This document shows, in pieces, positions 9,723 through 18,332 of a DNA stretch of 42,522 nucleotides; position 1 is the stretch's first letter, and each line of letters opens with the position of its first letter. Below the pieces are notes generated by a model. The model did not search any database. It was not told where the DNA came from and saw nothing but the letters and a program-made list of their open reading frames with translations. The stretch lies in the IMG/VR virus record IMGVR_UViG_3300022867_000024, positions 1 through 42,522 of that record; one strand, given 5' to 3'. Source of the stretch: a virus. Lineage: Duplodnaviria; Caudoviricetes. The position numbers and the translations under genes are program-made.

Positions 9723-12214
9723 TAAATCCTTCTTGCTCTTGCGTGGTAGTAACCTTCAACTTCTGCGTCTGCTATATACATAGGAAGGTGTGATGAAGAT
9801 TTTATATTTAAAGTAAACTCTGTATTTCTACATTGCACAGGCACTCTTAGTGTCCCTGAAGCTATTGCAGGTTGTCCAACAACACTTGTTGCTGTACCAA
9901 TAATATAACCATTCATTATACTTGTAGAGGTATCTCTATTACTTGGAGTAACTTCTACTTTAAAGAACCCACTGTTCTCAAAATTGAATGCTATGTTTCT
10001 AATTTGGTATCTACCTGAAGTAACTGCAACTAATCCTCTACCAGTGTTTTCTCTGATGTACTGTGTAGACATTGTGTATGTACTGTCATAAGGGACACCA
10101 ACGTATAACGCTGTGTGGTCTCCTATGATTGTATATGTAGACCCTGAAGTATTTGTAGCTGTATAGTCATTTCCGTTAGTTCTATCTACTGCTAGTAAGC
10201 CAGTCTTTGCACCATAAGGTGAAGTGAAAGTTGTTAAGCCTGTGCCACTTGCATAAGTACCAGTAACAGAAGCCTTTAAATCTATGAAAACTCCATGACC
10301 TATAGTTACATCTTTTAAATTTCTTAAATCTATTTTTAATAATTTTGTAGTTGTTCCCTCTGAAGCTAATACATATAAATAACTTTCAAAAGACCTTACA
10401 CCTAGAATTTTAAGACCTGTGAATGTCCATTTAGACCAAGCATTTTGTACCTTCTCACCACCATCAAAGAAGTATTTATAGATATACATTGTATTTGAAT
10501 TTGTTACAGCAGCAGTGCCACTGTATGGTGCTGTTTGACTATCTGCTGTATCAGAAACTAAGAACGCTAAAACATCTTCTGTAGTATTTGATACAATTTG
10601 ATAACAATTCTCTGGTATTAAATTAGATACAGATACAGATATGTCCATACCATCATTTGTTAATGTATCATCATCAGCAAAGTATTCTCTTATAGCTGTG
10701 CCTGATGTTCTTGCTTGTGCAAAGTAAGCATACTTACCTGCTGAAATTGGTTGTACTTTATCATCATGTTCAAATGCAGATACTTCATTAAGTATTGCAG
10801 TTGTTGGTGAAATTGTATCTCCTGAACTATCTAATTTATATTGTGATGTGTCAGAAAATAATAATAAACTTTCATTGAAGCCCACAGAGTTTTTAAGTGT
10901 ATTAACCTGTGTGCCTGAAGCTGCAATATCAATAGGGTCTGTGTCTAAAACCTGAGTAGATGTTGTTGCAAAGTAATTAAAGAATGAAGCATTCTCAGTT
11001 AAAATTAAATTCTCTCCTGATAAGATACCTAATCTATTTTTGTAATAAGTTAGGTTATTAATATTTTTACCCACAAAGGTAGGATTAGGGTTACTGTCTG
11101 CATCTCCACATACTCTATCTGTCCAAGCTAATTCTTGAAAAGTAAATGTACCATCATTATTGTTAACCAATGCGTGAGGCATTGTAGAATTTGTTACACC
11201 TAAAGAAGTTGCAGGTGCTAATGTTTCATTCCATACGCCAGACTTCCCTGTGAATTTTACATAGTAATCAGATAAGGTATCACCTTCTTCACCAGTGATT
11301 TTTAAAATTACATCAGTCTTACCATAGAACGGCAGCTTACTAAAATCTTGTATCTCATCTCTAATAGAATACATGGCTGTGTTACCAGAACCATCAGAAG
11401 TAGTTATAGTATAATCTTCATCACCATCAGTAGGTTTTCCATAGATTACACTATCAAAACTTTCAAATGTGAAATAAGAAGTGAACCCTGAGTAGTTGCT
11501 TAATCCTTGTGTCGTAGATACAGAAGCCCCTGTAGCTGTGTTTCTTACATTAAATCCAATACCATTAGCTGCAGCGTCCCAGTGTGTGCTTGATGTACCA
11601 TTTAAAAGTATATCTGTAATCTTATTAGTATCTCTAAATTTTGCATCAGTTGCAGCATCATTACCAGTAGGTAATTGAAAAATAACTTCTAACTCATTAG
11701 CCATTGAAGGGTGTTTCAGTGCTACTTTATATTCTCTACCGTAGTTTGTTAATTTACAAACCACTAAAAATTCTTCTACTTTAGCCGCAGACGTTGTTGC
11801 ATCTGCTGTTACTGTTGTAGATGTATTAGCTAAAAATGTATAATCAGCAATGTTTACTAATTTAAAATGTTCTCTAGGATTAGTTGAAGTTAAATAACTT
11901 GAACCACTAGCTATCGTTACAGTTTTTGATACTCCGTTTAAATCAAATACTTTAATACCACCATTGTAAAGTGCTACAATATATTGGTTACTGGCATCTC
12001 TTGCGATTGACCAGAATTTTGTTTTGTTAGAATAAATATTTGAACCATCTAATGTTGCCACATAATCTAAAGGAGGTCTTTTTGATAATCCCTCTGTAAG
12101 ACCATTTTGTAGATTTATCTGGTCTGAACCCTGATTAATTCCTCTTTGGGTAGGTGTCTGTTGAGACATGCCATTAAGGAAATTAGGGATTGATTGAGAT
12201 ACAACACTGCCCAT
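9722..12214 (-). CDS. Tail tubular protein B (gp12-like)
   Basis: 830 aa; SQSIPNFLNGMSQQ, GLSKRPP, W.DR..GD..SNP.P.F, NAWSKW motifs. Confidence 0.92.
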   Translation of the reverse strand: MGSVVSQSIPNFLNGMSQQTPTQRGINQGSDQINLQNGLTEGLSKRPPLDYVATLDGSNIYSNKTKFWSIARDASNQYIVALYNGGIKVFDLNGVSKTVTIASGSSYLTSTNPREHFKLVNIADYTFLANTSTTVTADATTSAAKVEEFLVVCKLTNYGREYKVALKHPSMANELEVIFQLPTGNDAATDAKFRDTNKITDILLNGTSSTHWDAAANGIGFNVRNTATGASVSTTQGLSNYSGFTSYFTFESFDSVIYGKPTDGDEDYTITTSDGSGNTAMYSIRDEIQDFSKLPFYGKTDVILKITGEEGDTLSDYYVKFTGKSGVWNETLAPATSLGVTNSTMPHALVNNNDGTFTFQELAWTDRVCGDADSNPNPTFVGKNINNLTYYKNRLGILSGENLILTENASFFNYFATTSTQVLDTDPIDIAASGTQVNTLKNSVGFNESLLLFSDTSQYKLDSSGDTISPTTAILNEVSAFEHDDKVQPISAGKYAYFAQARTSGTAIREYFADDDTLTNDGMDISVSVSNLIPENCYQIVSNTTEDVLAFLVSDTADSQTAPYSGTAAVTNSNTMYIYKYFFDGGEKVQNAWSKWTFTGLKILGVRSFESYLYVLASEGTTTKLLKIDLRNLKDVTIGHGVFIDLKASVTGTYASGTGLTTFTSPYGAKTGLLAVDRTNGNDYTATNTSGSTYTIIGDHTALYVGVPYDSTYTMSTQYIRENTGRGLVAVTSGRYQIRNIAFNFENSGFFKVEVTPSNRDTSTSIMNGYIIGTATSVVGQPAIASGTLRVPVQCRNTEFTLNIKSSSHLPMYIADAEVEGYYHARARRI

Positions 12215-12216
12215 AT

Positions 12217-12825
12217 TTAAGAAGTCCTTCTACCTGTTCTATTTATTATTGAATATGTGTTAGCGTCACCAGATAAGATATTAATATCACTCTCTTGACT
12301 ATCTGCTTGATGGAATGCCATTAGTGCTTCATTCTCATCTTGACCTATTAATTGTGTAATTTCTTTATCACCAATAAACCTTGAAGCAAATCTTCTAGCA
12401 GCTTTCATAGTTACATATTGTCTAGCGTATTCTGGTAAGTGTTCAAATTGTTGTACTAATACTAAATCAACAGAAGCAGGTGCAGAAGCAAATACGTCTG
12501 TATGATTATCTAAGTCGTATAAGTAACCATTTCTTATTGTGTAGTTTAAATTTCTGTAGGAGATATTTGCGTCAGCTTTAACGCAGTTGGAAGGAAGGGG
12601 AACTTTACCATTACCATCTAAAGATAATGATTTGTAATTAGTGTGTGAATTGAAATTCCACCCTTGTGATTGGATAGACATTGAAGTTTCGTTTAGGATA
12701 TTTATAGCTGTACTTACGTCTACTGTTGTAGTGCCTGTAATACTATTAACTGGTGCTTCTCCAATAGAAGAAAGCATTATATTTATAGATTGTAACTCTG
12801 TAGTTGGAGTAATCTGTGTTGCCAT
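12217..12825 (-). CDS. Tail tubular protein A (gp11-like)
   Basis: EL..IN.ML.SIGEAPV, QSQGWNFN motifs. Confidence 0.92.
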   Translation of the reverse strand: MATQITPTTELQSINIMLSSIGEAPVNSITGTTTVDVSTAINILNETSMSIQSQGWNFNSHTNYKSLSLDGNGKVPLPSNCVKADANISYRNLNYTIRNGYLYDLDNHTDVFASAPASVDLVLVQQFEHLPEYARQYVTMKAARRFASRFIGDKEITQLIGQDENEALMAFHQADSQESDINILSGDANTYSIINRTGRRTS

Positions 12826-12849
12826 TTATCCTTTATGTAAAATTTTTTA

Positions 12850-12882
12850 GAAAATATGATGGGGGAAATAAATCCCCCACCA
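12850..12882 (-). terminator. Terminator after the capsid gene (Tphi equivalent)
   Basis: Minus strand TGGTGGGGGA-TTTATT-TCCCCCATCA followed by TATTTT. Confidence 0.8.
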
Positions 12883-12897
12883 AATATAAGAAGGGTA

Positions 12898-13878
12898 TTA
12901 AGCCGCTTCTTTGATACCTACTGCTGCTTCTGGTCTAAGTACACCATGACCCATAGCGTATTTAGCAACCATTAACGTGCCTTGTCTTCTGATTTCGTAT
13001 TCCTTCTCAACGGATAAATCCATTAATTTAACAGTACCTACTGCTGAAGGGTGAGAAACCAAAGCTACAAAGTCAGATAAGTCTACTGCTTGTGGGTTTG
13101 AACCACCTGCTGTAGCTGAACCTGCTGCTGGCGCTGCTGTTACATTAGAAGAAACGAAATGCGGAACTGGAACTAATTCAATCCCTGCTATTCTCATAAC
13201 TTTTCCTGTAGATATTCCACCATTAGAAGAACCAGTGAAATCAACATTAACAGCATTAGTGCCGTTAGCTAATTTGTAGTATTCTTCCAATCTCATAAAG
13301 CATTTTCTGCCTTCTGAAGGAACATAGTTTGCGTCCAACTCTTTAGCTGCGTCAAAGATTGAATCAATCATTGCGTTAGCTGCAGTTGCTGCTGTAGCAG
13401 AAGCAATACCTGTATTAACTATGTTAGTTGTTGCGTCTCCACCTGTAACTGATGCTGCAGCTAAAGTCGCTTGACCGATAGTTTGTAAGATATGCTTATC
13501 TTTTTGGAAAGCTAATGCTCTGCCAATCTCCATTGAGTAACCACTTCTCACATCATAGTGAGCCTTAGCTTCTTCAATGTTACTTAGGAAAACACTTGAA
13601 GTAAGTAAATCATTTATTGTGATTACTTTCTCGTTGTGATTTACAGTTGAGCCTGTAATTTCATTTCCTGCTTGGTGATAAGCCGCCGCTATTCTTCCCA
13701 TTACTGGAAAAGACGCTGACTTACCTGAACTGATTGACCTAACCATGTCCGCACCTGCTGTTTTCGAAGCCTGTTCAAATGAAGTAATAACCTCACCTGC
13801 AAATTGCTTCAAAAACAATGCATCTTCAGTACCTGTACTGTTGGCTTGACCAAAAGTTGCTGCTGTTATGTTTGCCAT
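12898..13878 (-). CDS. Major capsid protein (gp10-like)
   Basis: ALFLKQFAGEV, RSISSGKSASFPVMG, EKVITIND, YAMGHGVLRPEAA. Confidence 0.95.
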   Translation of the reverse strand: MANITAATFGQANSTGTEDALFLKQFAGEVITSFEQASKTAGADMVRSISSGKSASFPVMGRIAAAYHQAGNEITGSTVNHNEKVITINDLLTSSVFLSNIEEAKAHYDVRSGYSMEIGRALAFQKDKHILQTIGQATLAAASVTGGDATTNIVNTGIASATAATAANAMIDSIFDAAKELDANYVPSEGRKCFMRLEEYYKLANGTNAVNVDFTGSSNGGISTGKVMRIAGIELVPVPHFVSSNVTAAPAAGSATAGGSNPQAVDLSDFVALVSHPSAVGTVKLMDLSVEKEYEIRRQGTLMVAKYAMGHGVLRPEAAVGIKEAA

Positions 13879-13943
13879 AATAGTTTGTCCTTTTGTTATT
13901 GCATTGATTTAAAAACCTTCACATAGAACTGTTTGGGCATTCA

Positions 13944-13969
13944 GATTGTCCACCGCAGTGGGTCAAGTC
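13944..13969 (-). promoter_or_regulatory. Structured element in the capsid 5' leader with a cUGCGg tetraloop
   Basis: GACTTGACCCAC-TGCG-GTGGACAATC; the only GC-rich hairpin in an AT-rich leader. Confidence 0.45.
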
Positions 13970-14016
13970 GCTTTTTAGTTTTTGCTTAGGAGTTGCCTAC
14001 TATAAAGTAAGCACAA

Positions 14017-14238
14017 CTATTTTTCCGTACAAGCGGTTGCTGCCACTTGTTTTTCTTCGCCTTTAACTTCTATGTAAACTCCAGTTTCACCCTCTTTATA
14101 ATATTGAATCTTATCTAAATGCTTTTGACATTCTTGATAAGTCTTAAACCTCTCTTTAACGAGATATTTAAAAACCATTTCTTCGGTTCTAGGGGCTGTC
14201 TGTGGGTTTACTAATAGAAGCAATAATGCCTCTATCAT
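14017..14238 (-). CDS. Small exported two-cysteine protein
   Basis: 73 aa; hydrophobic N-terminus, F.TYQEC...ACTEK. Confidence 0.6.
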   Translation of the reverse strand: MIEALLLLLVNPQTAPRTEEMVFKYLVKERFKTYQECQKHLDKIQYYKEGETGVYIEVKGEEKQVAATACTEK

Positions 14239-14243
14239 CTTTA

Positions 14244-14960
14244 CTATATCTGTGACTTAGATAATTTATTCTTAACCATGTTTTGATAAGCAGGGTCTTT
14301 AGCATATCTAGGGTCGGACATGGCTGCAGTAACTTGTTGCCAAGATTCATAACCATCTACACCCATAGGTGTTGCTTTGCCTTGTACCAGATTAGGTTCT
14401 GAACCATTAACTGCTTCAAACTTTGCTTTCAATCCAACAACAGCTAACTTTGCAGTTTCTAAATCTTTAGAATTTACTGCTGAATTGTAAGCTGTCTTCT
14501 CACCGTCAGTCATATTGTCTGCCGCCCAGTTAGACATTTCATTATAAGCATCATCACCACCTACTAAACTTTTCATAGTTGAAGTCTGTTGGTCAGAGAT
14601 TGCTTTTTGTCCTTGAATAAACTGGTCAACGTATTCTTTTGGTATGCCTGCTTTTTGTAAGGCTTCATAAGAAGTATCATTTAGTTTACCTTCTTTGGCA
14701 TACTCTTCAGTTAGATTATTCATATCCAATCCTGCTTCTGTAACTGCCTTTTCTGCTATCTCTAAATCACCCTTTGCTTCTTCGGCTTTGGGTTCTTCTT
14801 TGTTACCAAGTTTACTTTCAAGCTCAGCATACGATTTAGCCAAGTCTTCAACACTGTTGAACTTACTTGGTAAACCTTCTGGCTTAATACTAGGTGTAAC
14901 ATTATCAACTGGGGCTTCACTGCCAGTCTCAGGTGTCGTTATTTCTACTTTATCTACCAT
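14244..14960 (-). CDS. Capsid scaffolding protein (gp9-like)
   Basis: KFNSVEDLAKSYAELESKLG, VGG..AY..M..WA, AM.DPRY.KDPAY. Confidence 0.9.
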   Translation of the reverse strand: MVDKVEITTPETGSEAPVDNVTPSIKPEGLPSKFNSVEDLAKSYAELESKLGNKEEPKAEEAKGDLEIAEKAVTEAGLDMNNLTEEYAKEGKLNDTSYEALQKAGIPKEYVDQFIQGQKAISDQQTSTMKSLVGGDDAYNEMSNWAADNMTDGEKTAYNSAVNSKDLETAKLAVVGLKAKFEAVNGSEPNLVQGKATPMGVDGYESWQQVTAAMSDPRYAKDPAYQNMVKNKLSKSQI

Positions 14961-14972
14961 ATTTCCTTTTCA

Positions 14973-16535
14973 TTATTGTGGCTTAGTCAAATTACCTGCA
15001 ACAGCAGGGATAGCTTTACTTGCCATATCCATCATTTGGTCATTCTGCATTTGCTCTTCTTGTGCAGCTTGTTCTTCCGCTAACTGTTCTTGTGATTTAA
15101 GAAGTCCGTCTGTATCAATTCCTAGACCAATGGCGATACGCTTAATTAAATCATCAGGGTTTAGAGCCTGAACTACTTGCGGATTTATTTGAGCTAAGTT
15201 TCCTATCTCAGCAATAAATTCTCTTAACTTCATTAAATCATTTCCTCTACCTAGTGCTTCAATACCTGTAATAATTGTAGGCTGAACTGTTCCTTTAGGT
15301 AACGTAGGAATTTCATTAGCTTGTTCCATTCTTTTCATAAGTATTGAAACTAATGGTAATTGAAACTCTTGTGATAACAGTGAATATATTCCACCCATAG
15401 CAGTCTCTAATTGCTCCGCCATGTATCTAATTTCTTGTGCTGTAACTCTTTCAGCATCTCTTTGTATTGCTGTGTGTAATAAGAATGAATAAGACATTCT
15501 TTCTTCTAATTTTTGAACTGCTTGTTGTACTACTTGTAAATCATATTGTTTCTGTGCTTGTAGAACTGTAACATCTTCAGCAGTACCAGTAATAATGTCA
15601 CCATTTCTAGTAGTAGCTAAATCTTTTTTTCTAGTCACACTGTTAGGTCTAACCATAAAGACAATCTTAGATGATGCCGCAGCACTCTCTACAAGTGCTT
15701 GTGATAAACTTTCCAATGACTGGAGGTCACCTTTAAATTCTTCTACATAACTTCTACCGTAATTTTCGTTATCAATTCTAACCATACGTAACGCTTGGTA
15801 GGGCATTCTATCTTTTTTGAATGTACCAATACTAGAAGGTATTTTTATACCTTGCACTTCTTGGCATATGTAGAATTCATCATTTTCTAATTTGTAAATA
15901 TGTGTATATAATTCAACATCTTCATCTTTTTTATATTCAGAGTGTTCAATAACTTGTTCTGCAATCGCAGTACCAAGACTTAATACACTTGCTTTTTCTA
16001 AAATAACAATTTCTAAAACATTTCCTGAACCATCTCTTTCAATTACGTATTGTGATAAAGGGTACACTCTCATGTTTCCCTTTTTTGGTAAGTAAGTTAA
16101 TACATTACCACCAACAATAAGATGTTTTAAGGCTTCAAATACAGAAACTCTTAATGCTAATGTTTCAATTTTAGCAGAAACTTCTTTTTCAATAATAGCT
16201 AAAGACTTCTCTACCTCTGTTTTCATTTCTTTATTTTGTTCTAATTCTTCTTTAGCTTTTCCTGCTATCTTTAATCTAAAAAAGGGAGAGTTTGGTGGAA
16301 GCAAAAGTAAAAGGAGTTTACTTGCTAAATTGTTAACGCCTCTTGCGCCAACTGATTGGAAAGGAGTATAGAGTGAACTGGTATTTGTGAACCCTTCAGG
16401 TGTAATTAAAGATGGGATAGTTAATTCACTGCATGAGGCTGCTCTGTCTAAAAAATGTTCTCTGTTTTGCTTTAACTTTGAGTATCTTTGTTTTGCTGTG
16501 AATGCTGTTGTAACATTACCGTTATACTCTTCCAT
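14973..16535 (-). CDS. Portal / head-tail connector (gp8-like)
   Basis: QSVGARGVNNLASKL, YGRSYVEE, RDAERVTAQEIR, TGIEALGRG. Confidence 0.95.
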   Translation of the reverse strand: MEEYNGNVTTAFTAKQRYSKLKQNREHFLDRAASCSELTIPSLITPEGFTNTSSLYTPFQSVGARGVNNLASKLLLLLLPPNSPFFRLKIAGKAKEELEQNKEMKTEVEKSLAIIEKEVSAKIETLALRVSVFEALKHLIVGGNVLTYLPKKGNMRVYPLSQYVIERDGSGNVLEIVILEKASVLSLGTAIAEQVIEHSEYKKDEDVELYTHIYKLENDEFYICQEVQGIKIPSSIGTFKKDRMPYQALRMVRIDNENYGRSYVEEFKGDLQSLESLSQALVESAAASSKIVFMVRPNSVTRKKDLATTRNGDIITGTAEDVTVLQAQKQYDLQVVQQAVQKLEERMSYSFLLHTAIQRDAERVTAQEIRYMAEQLETAMGGIYSLLSQEFQLPLVSILMKRMEQANEIPTLPKGTVQPTIITGIEALGRGNDLMKLREFIAEIGNLAQINPQVVQALNPDDLIKRIAIGLGIDTDGLLKSQEQLAEEQAAQEEQMQNDQMMDMASKAIPAVAGNLTKPQ

Positions 16536-16537
16536 TA

Positions 16538-16747
16538 TTACGGAGTTGAGTTAGTAGCTATGTTCAAACCAGAAGAAGTATTTAAAGAAGAAGTGCCTGA
16601 CTTCTTAATTTTCTTCTTCTTGATATTCAAATCCTGCTCGTTAGCTTTTACCAATTCAGGAGATAAATCCTGTGCTTGGTCTGCTCTAACTGGTGTTGGC
16701 TGCACTGGTTGTATAGGTGCGGCAGGTATTTTTGGTGACATACACAT
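16538..16747 (-). CDS. Small virion protein (gp7.3-like)
   Basis: MC..PKIP start, Pro/Lys-rich, directly upstream of portal. Confidence 0.55.
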   Translation of the reverse strand: MCMSPKIPAAPIQPVQPTPVRADQAQDLSPELVKANEQDLNIKKKKIKKSGTSSLNTSSGLNIATNSTP

Positions 16748-16932
16748 TATTGTTCTGACCTCTCTTTTAAAGTATTAATGAAATTTACTACGTCTCGCTG
16801 ACCTGACTTAAAGTAGATAGTTTTCGTATCATCTTTAAGTGAAGCAGACTTTTCTGGGTAAACTTTATTTAGTAGTGTTACTAAATCGTCTACCTTTGTA
16901 GGCAATGTTAAATCTTCGTCTAATTTATTCAT
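16747..16932 (-). CDS. Conserved small protein preceding the structural block
   Basis: 61 aa, L.KVYP...SGQRDVV..I; first gene after a phage promoter. Confidence 0.6.
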   Translation of the reverse strand: MNKLDEDLTLPTKVDDLVTLLNKVYPEKSASLKDDTKTIYFKSGQRDVVNFINTLKERSEQ

Positions 16933-16948
16933 CTAAAAAGGGTACTTT
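16933..16948 (-). promoter_or_regulatory. Putative phage-RNAP promoter AAAGTACCCTTTTTAG
   Basis: Same 16-mer, at the start of the late region; the terminal G abuts the ATG at 16932. Confidence 0.7.
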
Positions 16949-17897
16949 ATTCCCACAAACTCCCTGTGACTGTCCCCTTGTTATACTCAGTGGCTCTATT
17001 CTCAAAGAAGTTGGCATGTTCTACGCCGTTTAATACCCAATCTAACCATGAGAGAGGGTTTTCTTTAACCTTATAATTAGGTTTTAAAGACAACTGCAAT
17101 AATCTTCTATCGGCTATGTATCTTATGTATTGTTTAACTTCTTCAGGCTTCAATCCTCTAATACCACCTTGTGCAAAAGCTAAATCAATAAACTTATCTT
17201 CAAGGTCAACCATATCTCTAGCTGTTTGATAGATACTAGCTTTGAATTTTTCTGTCCAAATTTCTGGGTGTTCTTTAATTATAGAATGAAATAACTTAAT
17301 CATACTTTCAACATGGTGTGTCTCATCTCTAATACTCCAAGTAACTATCTGACACATACCCTTCATTCTGCCAAATCTTTGGAAGTTAAGTAGCATCACA
17401 AATGAAGCAAACAACTGTAAGCCTTCACCGAATGCAGAGAAACAAGCTATCTCTCTAGCTAGTCCTTCTGTACCTGCTCCTTTACTTGTAAATAAATAAG
17501 TATGTTTATCCACCATTTCTTTATAGTCTTGGAACGCTTTGTATTCCTTATCAGGTAAACCAATCGTATCATTCAATAATGAATAACTATGTGCATGATT
17601 AGCTTCTGATGTGGCTATTGCTGACAACATCATTCTAATTTCTGGTGGTTTAAATTTAGGAATATATTTATCAAGGTATGCTTGTGCAATATCAACGTCT
17701 CCCTGTGTAAAGAATTTTAATATTTGTCCTATTAAGTTCTTCTCTTCTGGAGATAGTCTTTCATTCCAATCTCTAACATCTTCGTGCATAGGAACTTCAC
17801 TAGGTAACCAGTGCATCTTCTGTTGCATGTCGTAACTCTCGAAAGCCCAATCGTATTCAAAGGGTTTGTAGTAAGGTCTGCTTTTAAATAAACTCAT
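16947..17897 (-). CDS. nrdB: Ribonucleotide reductase class I beta subunit
   Basis: W.P.EV, FFTQGD, EANHAHSY (radical Tyr), EG..LF.SF, RDE.HH, NFFE. Confidence 0.95.
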   Translation of the reverse strand: MSLFKSRPYYKPFEYDWAFESYDMQQKMHWLPSEVPMHEDVRDWNERLSPEEKNLIGQILKFFTQGDVDIAQAYLDKYIPKFKPPEIRMMLSAIATSEANHAHSYSLLNDTIGLPDKEYKAFQDYKEMVDKHTYLFTSKGAGTEGLAREIACFSAFGEGLQLFASFVMLLNFQRFGRMKGMCQIVTWSIRDETHHVESMIKLFHSIIKEHPEIWTEKFKASIYQTARDMVDLEDKFIDLAFAQGGIRGLKPEEVKQYIRYIADRRLLQLSLKPNYKVKENPLSWLDWVLNGVEHANFFENRATEYNKGTVTGSLWE

Positions 17898-18055
17898 ATT
17901 GTCATCATCAATTCGATAAATTCTATGACAACTATCATTCCCAATTCTATTACTAGAATGCTATGATAAATTGTCCATAGAACTGTTTGTTTTTCTGGTT
18001 TAATTTTCTTTCTTCTTGGCTTGTCCATATATTTGAAATCATCTGGGTGTGTCAT
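17894..18055 (-). CDS. 53-aa membrane peptide (not in ORF track)
   Basis: MTHPDDFKY...LWTIYHSILVIELGMIVVIEFI; ATGA-coupled at both ends. Confidence 0.55.
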   Translation of the reverse strand: MTHPDDFKYMDKPRRKKIKPEKQTVLWTIYHSILVIELGMIVVIEFIELMMTI

Positions 18056-18222
18056 TTCTTTTTATATTCCTTAATTGTTTTTTCACTTGGATAATAAACC
18101 TCAACAAGGCTATGACATTTTGGACAAGATAAATTACTAACAATACTATAATCTTCATTTTCTTCTTCAATATCATGGTCGCCACCCCAAATTAATTCAG
18201 CGTCACAGTGCCAACATTTCAT
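18052..18222 (-). CDS. 56-aa zinc-ribbon protein (not in ORF track)
   Basis: MKCWHC...CPKC; GGAG RBS; ATGA coupling. Confidence 0.65.
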   Translation of the reverse strand: MKCWHCDAELIWGGDHDIEEENEDYSIVSNLSCPKCHSLVEVYYPSEKTIKEYKKK

Positions 18223-18332
18223 TTCTTTTTATCTCCTTTCCCAGTTCTTCTACTTCCATACAGTTTTTGCCATGACCAACTTGTTAAATAAGTTGAGTAA
18301 TGGTATATTTTTTCAATTATATATTTCATCAT
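18219..18332 (-). CDS. 37-aa hypothetical peptide (not in ORF track)
   Basis: MMKYIIEKIYHYSTYLTSWSWQKLYG...; TAATG-coupled to nrdA. Confidence 0.5.
   Translation of the reverse strand: MMKYIIEKIYHYSTYLTSWSWQKLYGSRRTGKGDKKK

Noticed and set aside
12860-12920. T7 gp10B-style frameshift extension of the capsid
   Set aside because: The terminator and next gene follow within about 70 nt, leaving no room for an extension domain
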